IMG/VR virus record: IMGVR_UViG_3300027782_000027
Span: 124,001-188,000 of that record
DNA length: 64,000 bases
Strand: one strand, 5' to 3'
Part shown: in pieces, positions 60,642 through 64,000 of the stretch
Layout: every line of letters begins with the position of its first letter
How positions within the stretch are numbered: the first letter of the stretch is position 1
Program-made: the position numbers and the translations under genes
Notes under the pieces: model-generated
Databases searched by the model: none
What the model saw: the letters and a program-made list of their open reading frames with translations, nothing else
What the model was told of the DNA's origin: nothing

Positions 60642-61520
60642 ATGAGTTTTGTATATGATTTAGCGGACACAAGTTATAAGACCGCAGTGTTTTATCAGTC
60701 AGGTAGTTGGATAAAACCACAAGGTATAACCATGATATCTATCACGGCTATTGGTGCTGGTGGTGGAGGTAGTGGAGGGGCTACTAATACATCTGCTAAC
60801 GCAAGGTCAGGAGGTGGTGGAGGTGGTTCAGGTAGTATTACAAGATTGACTATTCCTGAAATGTTTATAACTGATTCATTAATTATAAATATTGGTACGG
60901 GTGGTAACGGAGGTGCTGCTGGTTTAGGAAATGGAGGTAGTGGAGGGTCAACAATTGTTGACATGCCTGTTCCGGGTAATGGTGACATATATACAAGAGT
61001 AATAGTTGCTACTGGAGGGTCAGGAGCAGTTGGTGCTACAGGAGGAGTGGCCGCAGGTGCAACTGACGTAGCCGCGGCATTATATTCGACATTAGGTATT
61101 TGGATGGCTATTGGAGGACAAGGAGGTGGTAACGGATTAACTGCCGCAGGTACTTCGGTAACATATGGAGCGACTATTGGACTACCAATTACCTCAGGTG
61201 CGGGAGGTGGTGGTATGGCCGCGGCAGGTACCACACCAACAAATGGTGGAGAAATTACAGGCGCAGGGTTTGTGTCTACAAACCCTGGTGGTATTTCAGG
61301 AGCTACAGGGAATAGAGGGGTTTATTCATTAACACCTTTTTATTCTACAGGAGGAAGTGGAGGTGGAGGTGGAGGGACAACTCCAGTTTCAGGTGGTGCA
61401 GGAGGTGATGGAAATATTGGATGTGGTGGTGGCGGTGGTGGAGGTGGTACTTCACCCACAGGTGTTGGTGGCATTGGAGGAAAAGGTGGAGACGGTTTAG
61501 TAATAATACAATGTTGGTAA
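60642..61520 (+). CDS. Glycine-rich domain protein, paralog 2
   Basis: WIKPQGITMISITAIGAGGGGSGG...GGKGGDGLVIIQCW. Confidence 0.8.
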   Translation: MSFVYDLADTSYKTAVFYQSGSWIKPQGITMISITAIGAGGGGSGGATNTSANARSGGGGGGSGSITRLTIPEMFITDSLIINIGTGGNGGAAGLGNGGSGGSTIVDMPVPGNGDIYTRVIVATGGSGAVGATGGVAAGATDVAAALYSTLGIWMAIGGQGGGNGLTAAGTSVTYGATIGLPITSGAGGGGMAAAGTTPTNGGEITGAGFVSTNPGGISGATGNRGVYSLTPFYSTGGSGGGGGGTTPVSGGAGGDGNIGCGGGGGGGGTSPTGVGGIGGKGGDGLVIIQCW

Positions 61521-61529
61521 TATAATAAT

Positions 61530-62408
61530 ATGGATTTTCAATATAATTTAACAAACAACTCTCATAAGGTTTTCATTTACAACAGTGATGGTACTCACAC
61601 ATGTCAATTACCTAAAGGTGTGTCTATGGTATATGTTATTACAATAAGTGCTGGTGGAGGTGGTGGTGGAGGATTTACATCCGCCAGTGGAGCCGCTGGA
61701 GGAGGAGGTGGTGGAGGTACAGGAGCAGTCAACCGTATCATCATTCCAAAAATATTTTTGACAGATAGTTTAACAGTTGTAGTTGGTGCCGGAGGTGCCG
61801 GAGGTGCTGCAAATACTATTGGTTCTAACGGAGGGGCAACATCTGTAGGATTAAATGTGACAACTGGTGGAGGTGCTCAATCATTTTTATTAAGTATTAC
61901 TGCTGGTGGTGGAGGAGGAAACCCCGGAACTGTGGGGGCTGGTGGTACGGGAGGTGCTGCTGGAGCTACGTCATCGGTAAACAATATGGCTATGACAGCT
62001 TTAGGTGAGTTTGTATTAAGAGCTGGTATTGCGGGTGGTGATGGTAATGCGACTGGAGCTCCATTGGCTGGTATATACGGGTCAGGTATTGTTCCTTTAT
62101 CCGCTGGTAGAGGTGGTGCGGGTCGTACAGCAGGTAACGTTCCAGCCGCTGGTGGTTCTATTTCAGGTAGAGGATTTGTACAAGATGTTCCAGGAGGTAC
62201 TTCAGGTGGTGGTACAGGTGTTGATGGTATGTTTATGCGGAAACCTTTTGTATCACTCGGTGGTACAGGTGGTGGTTCATCAACAGGTGTGGGTGGTAAC
62301 GGTGGTAATGGAGGACCTGGTAGCGGTGGAGGCGGTGGTGGTGCTGGAACAACAGGAGGAACAGGAGGACGTGGTGGTAATGGCTTAGTAATTATAACTT
62401 GTTGGTAA
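61530..62408 (+). CDS. Glycine-rich domain protein, paralog 3
   Basis: LPKGVSMVYVITISAGGGGGGG...GGRGGNGLVIITCW. Confidence 0.8.
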   Translation: MDFQYNLTNNSHKVFIYNSDGTHTCQLPKGVSMVYVITISAGGGGGGGFTSASGAAGGGGGGGTGAVNRIIIPKIFLTDSLTVVVGAGGAGGAANTIGSNGGATSVGLNVTTGGGAQSFLLSITAGGGGGNPGTVGAGGTGGAAGATSSVNNMAMTALGEFVLRAGIAGGDGNATGAPLAGIYGSGIVPLSAGRGGAGRTAGNVPAAGGSISGRGFVQDVPGGTSGGGTGVDGMFMRKPFVSLGGTGGGSSTGVGGNGGNGGPGSGGGGGGAGTTGGTGGRGGNGLVIITCW

Positions 62409-62417
62409 TTATATAAT

Positions 62418-62684
62418 ATGACATACGTTGAAATATCAAATATAAACGGAACACCACCTTTTCAAATTTACTTATGTGATTTTGCGGGTAATAATTGTTC
62501 TTTGGTTCAAACTGAATACGACCCCGTTTATTGGCCAGTTATTGTTTATCTTCCATCGTCTTTGATTGGGTCAAGTCAGGTGATGTGTAAAGTTATTGAT
62601 GGAAATTCTTGTGAGACTTTTAATATTTTAGTTTGTCCAAGTCCTACACCAACACCGACACCTACCCCAACACCCACTCCTTAA
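62418..62684 (+). CDS. Small protein: N-domain paralogous to 34971..35975 plus terminal (TP)n tail
   Basis: ISNINGTPPFQIYLCD...KVIDGNSC aligns with [16 protein letters not shown]...KIVDSTGC. It ends CPSPTPTPTPTPTPTP. Confidence 0.7.
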   Translation: MTYVEISNINGTPPFQIYLCDFAGNNCSLVQTEYDPVYWPVIVYLPSSLIGSSQVMCKVIDGNSCETFNILVCPSPTPTPTPTPTPTP

Positions 62685-62736
62685 TATATTTCATTTTTAA
62701 TATTCATAAAAATAAATTTCTTGTTATTTATATGTA

Positions 62737-64000
62737 ATGGCACTTGGATTTCAAAATTGTTGTGATGTAGAAGATTATTTTTATGTAACTGGTATACCTG
62801 GTTCGGTTTCTGAATTTGAAATATATTATATTCAAACTGTTGAAGGTGAAAAACTATGTGGTACATATGTTGAATTACCTACATTAGATTATCAACCAAT
62901 TACCTATGATTTAATAGGTATGACAGCACAGACAAGTTGTACAAATTGTATTTTATTAAATCCTTGTCCAACAGGAATTACTATAGATTTCGGAACTCAA
63001 AGTACTGGAATTTTCACACCTGTTAATGAGTGTAATGTTAAAACTATCTTTCCTTTTGATGTTGAATGTAGAACTGTGGTACCTGTAATTGGTGAAGGTA
63101 ACGTAAACGGTTCGGTAAGTTTATTTGTTACAGGTGGTACTCCACCTTATAATTTTTATAGTGCGGGAACACAAACTCAAATAGGTGTGGGTATTTTACC
63201 GACTAATAATGAGTATTTGTTATATGAAAATGTCCCGGCAGGTGATTACTCAATTTTAGTTCATGACTTTTGGGGAGATAATGTTCAGGTTGTTACTTGT
63301 AATATACCTCTTGTTCCTGACCCGTTATATGTTGAATGTCAACCTAACTCACCTGAGTTTGGTTTACCATCAAGTGGTTCTTTAGATTTGTTAATAACAG
63401 GAGGGACTGAACCATATTCGATTTATTTGAGTGGTAATCCTGTTAGTTTACCTATATTTAATCTAACGGCAGGAACATATACATTAGTTATTGAGGATAA
63501 TGGTGTTGAAGATTATTTTCAAACTGAAACAATTACTTGTACTTTATTAAATCCTGAGGATTTAGTTTATCCTGATAAGTTATGTATGAACTTCCAATAC
63601 TGTGGGGTTAACTTCTATTTAGATTTTGTAAGTGCGTCAACACTTAATTCAAGACCTGTATATAACTTATCGACACCAAGTGAAATAAGTGTTACAGGAA
63701 TGACAATATATTATGATGAATATTGGTTAAGTTCAATTGAAACTCATAACTCTCCATTACCTATCCCAACAGATTGTGAACAATCAAATGTGGTATCGTT
63801 TAAAATTGGAAATACATTTTCAGACCAACCTAATGGTTCTAACTGGATTGGTGGTGGTACATTTGCAAATACTAATCCAATAGTTGTTACTTCAGGACAA
63901 TGTTCGCAGATAACACCAACAGTTATTACTAATGCTCAAGGAGGGTGTGGTTTAACAGATAATATTGGTAGTGTTATATTATTACCAAATCCATCGTCAG
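62737..64000 (+). CDS. 3'-truncated Cys-rich SprB-like repeat protein (absent from the supplied ORF track)
   Basis: ATG at 62737 after TATTTATA. It reads MALGFQNCCDVEDYFY...VTGGTPPYNF...NVPAGDYSILVHD...ITGGTEPYSI...NLTAGTYTLVIED and appears open to the window end. Confidence 0.8.
   Translation, partial: MALGFQNCCDVEDYFYVTGIPGSVSEFEIYYIQTVEGEKLCGTYVELPTLDYQPITYDLIGMTAQTSCTNCILLNPCPTGITIDFGTQSTGIFTPVNECNVKTIFPFDVECRTVVPVIGEGNVNGSVSLFVTGGTPPYNFYSAGTQTQIGVGILPTNNEYLLYENVPAGDYSILVHDFWGDNVQVVTCNIPLVPDPLYVECQPNSPEFGLPSSGSLDLLITGGTEPYSIYLSGNPVSLPIFNLTAGTYTLVIEDNGVEDYFQTETITCTLLNPEDLVYPDKLCMNFQYCGVNFYLDFVSASTLNSRPVYNLSTPSEISVTGMTIYYDEYWLSSIETHNSPLPIPTDCEQSNVVSFKIGNTFSDQPNGSNWIGGGTFANTNPIVVTSGQCSQITPTVITNAQGGCGLTDNIGSVILLPNPSS

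Noticed and set aside
60301-62388. Alternative-frame and antisense Pro-rich ORFs over the glycine-rich genes
   Set aside because: They are by-products of GGN codon runs.
62681-62866. 61-aa minus-strand ORF
   Set aside because: It overlaps the better-supported + strand gene starting at 62737.
1-64000. Stop-codon reassignment, introns/inteins, tRNAs, diversity-generating retroelement
   Set aside because: Genes tile fully under the standard code, with TAA, TGA and TAG all acting as stops. NrdA, NrdB and the helicase have normal lengths. Intergenic gaps are short and AT-rich with no cloverleaf seen. No reverse transcriptase or template/variable repeat pair was noticed.

Overview
This is a 64 kb, AT-rich, densely coded segment. 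All credible genes lie on the + strand and use the standard genetic code. It reads as part of a large tailed (T4-like/myovirus-type) phage genome. A Bacteroidota host is suggested by the lack of Shine-Dalgarno motifs, a Bacteroidota-like promoter and SprB-like repeats. Gene order: (1) 1-8950, baseplate/tail-hub genes; (2) 9022-17235, replication and nucleotide module (gp32-like SSB, UvsX/RecA, 5'-3' exonuclease, DnaB-like helicase, NrdB, NrdA); (3) 17298-38041, baseplate wedge genes (gp25-, gp6-, gp7-like), large structural proteins, and SprB-repeat, Pro/Thr-linker, C1q-like and LamG proteins; (4) 38128-43147, five glycosyltransferase-like genes headed by a GT60-type polypeptide GlcNAc-transferase; (5) 43177-64000, adaptor-like genes, a 4766-aa protein made mostly of Gly-Ser/Thr-Ser triplets, three paralogous glycine-rich proteins and a further SprB-repeat gene running off the window. 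The best candidate for an undescribed system is a phage-encoded mucin-type O-glycosylation cassette placed among the Ser/Thr-rich fibre genes that would be its substrates. All family calls come from motif recognition by eye, not from database searches.
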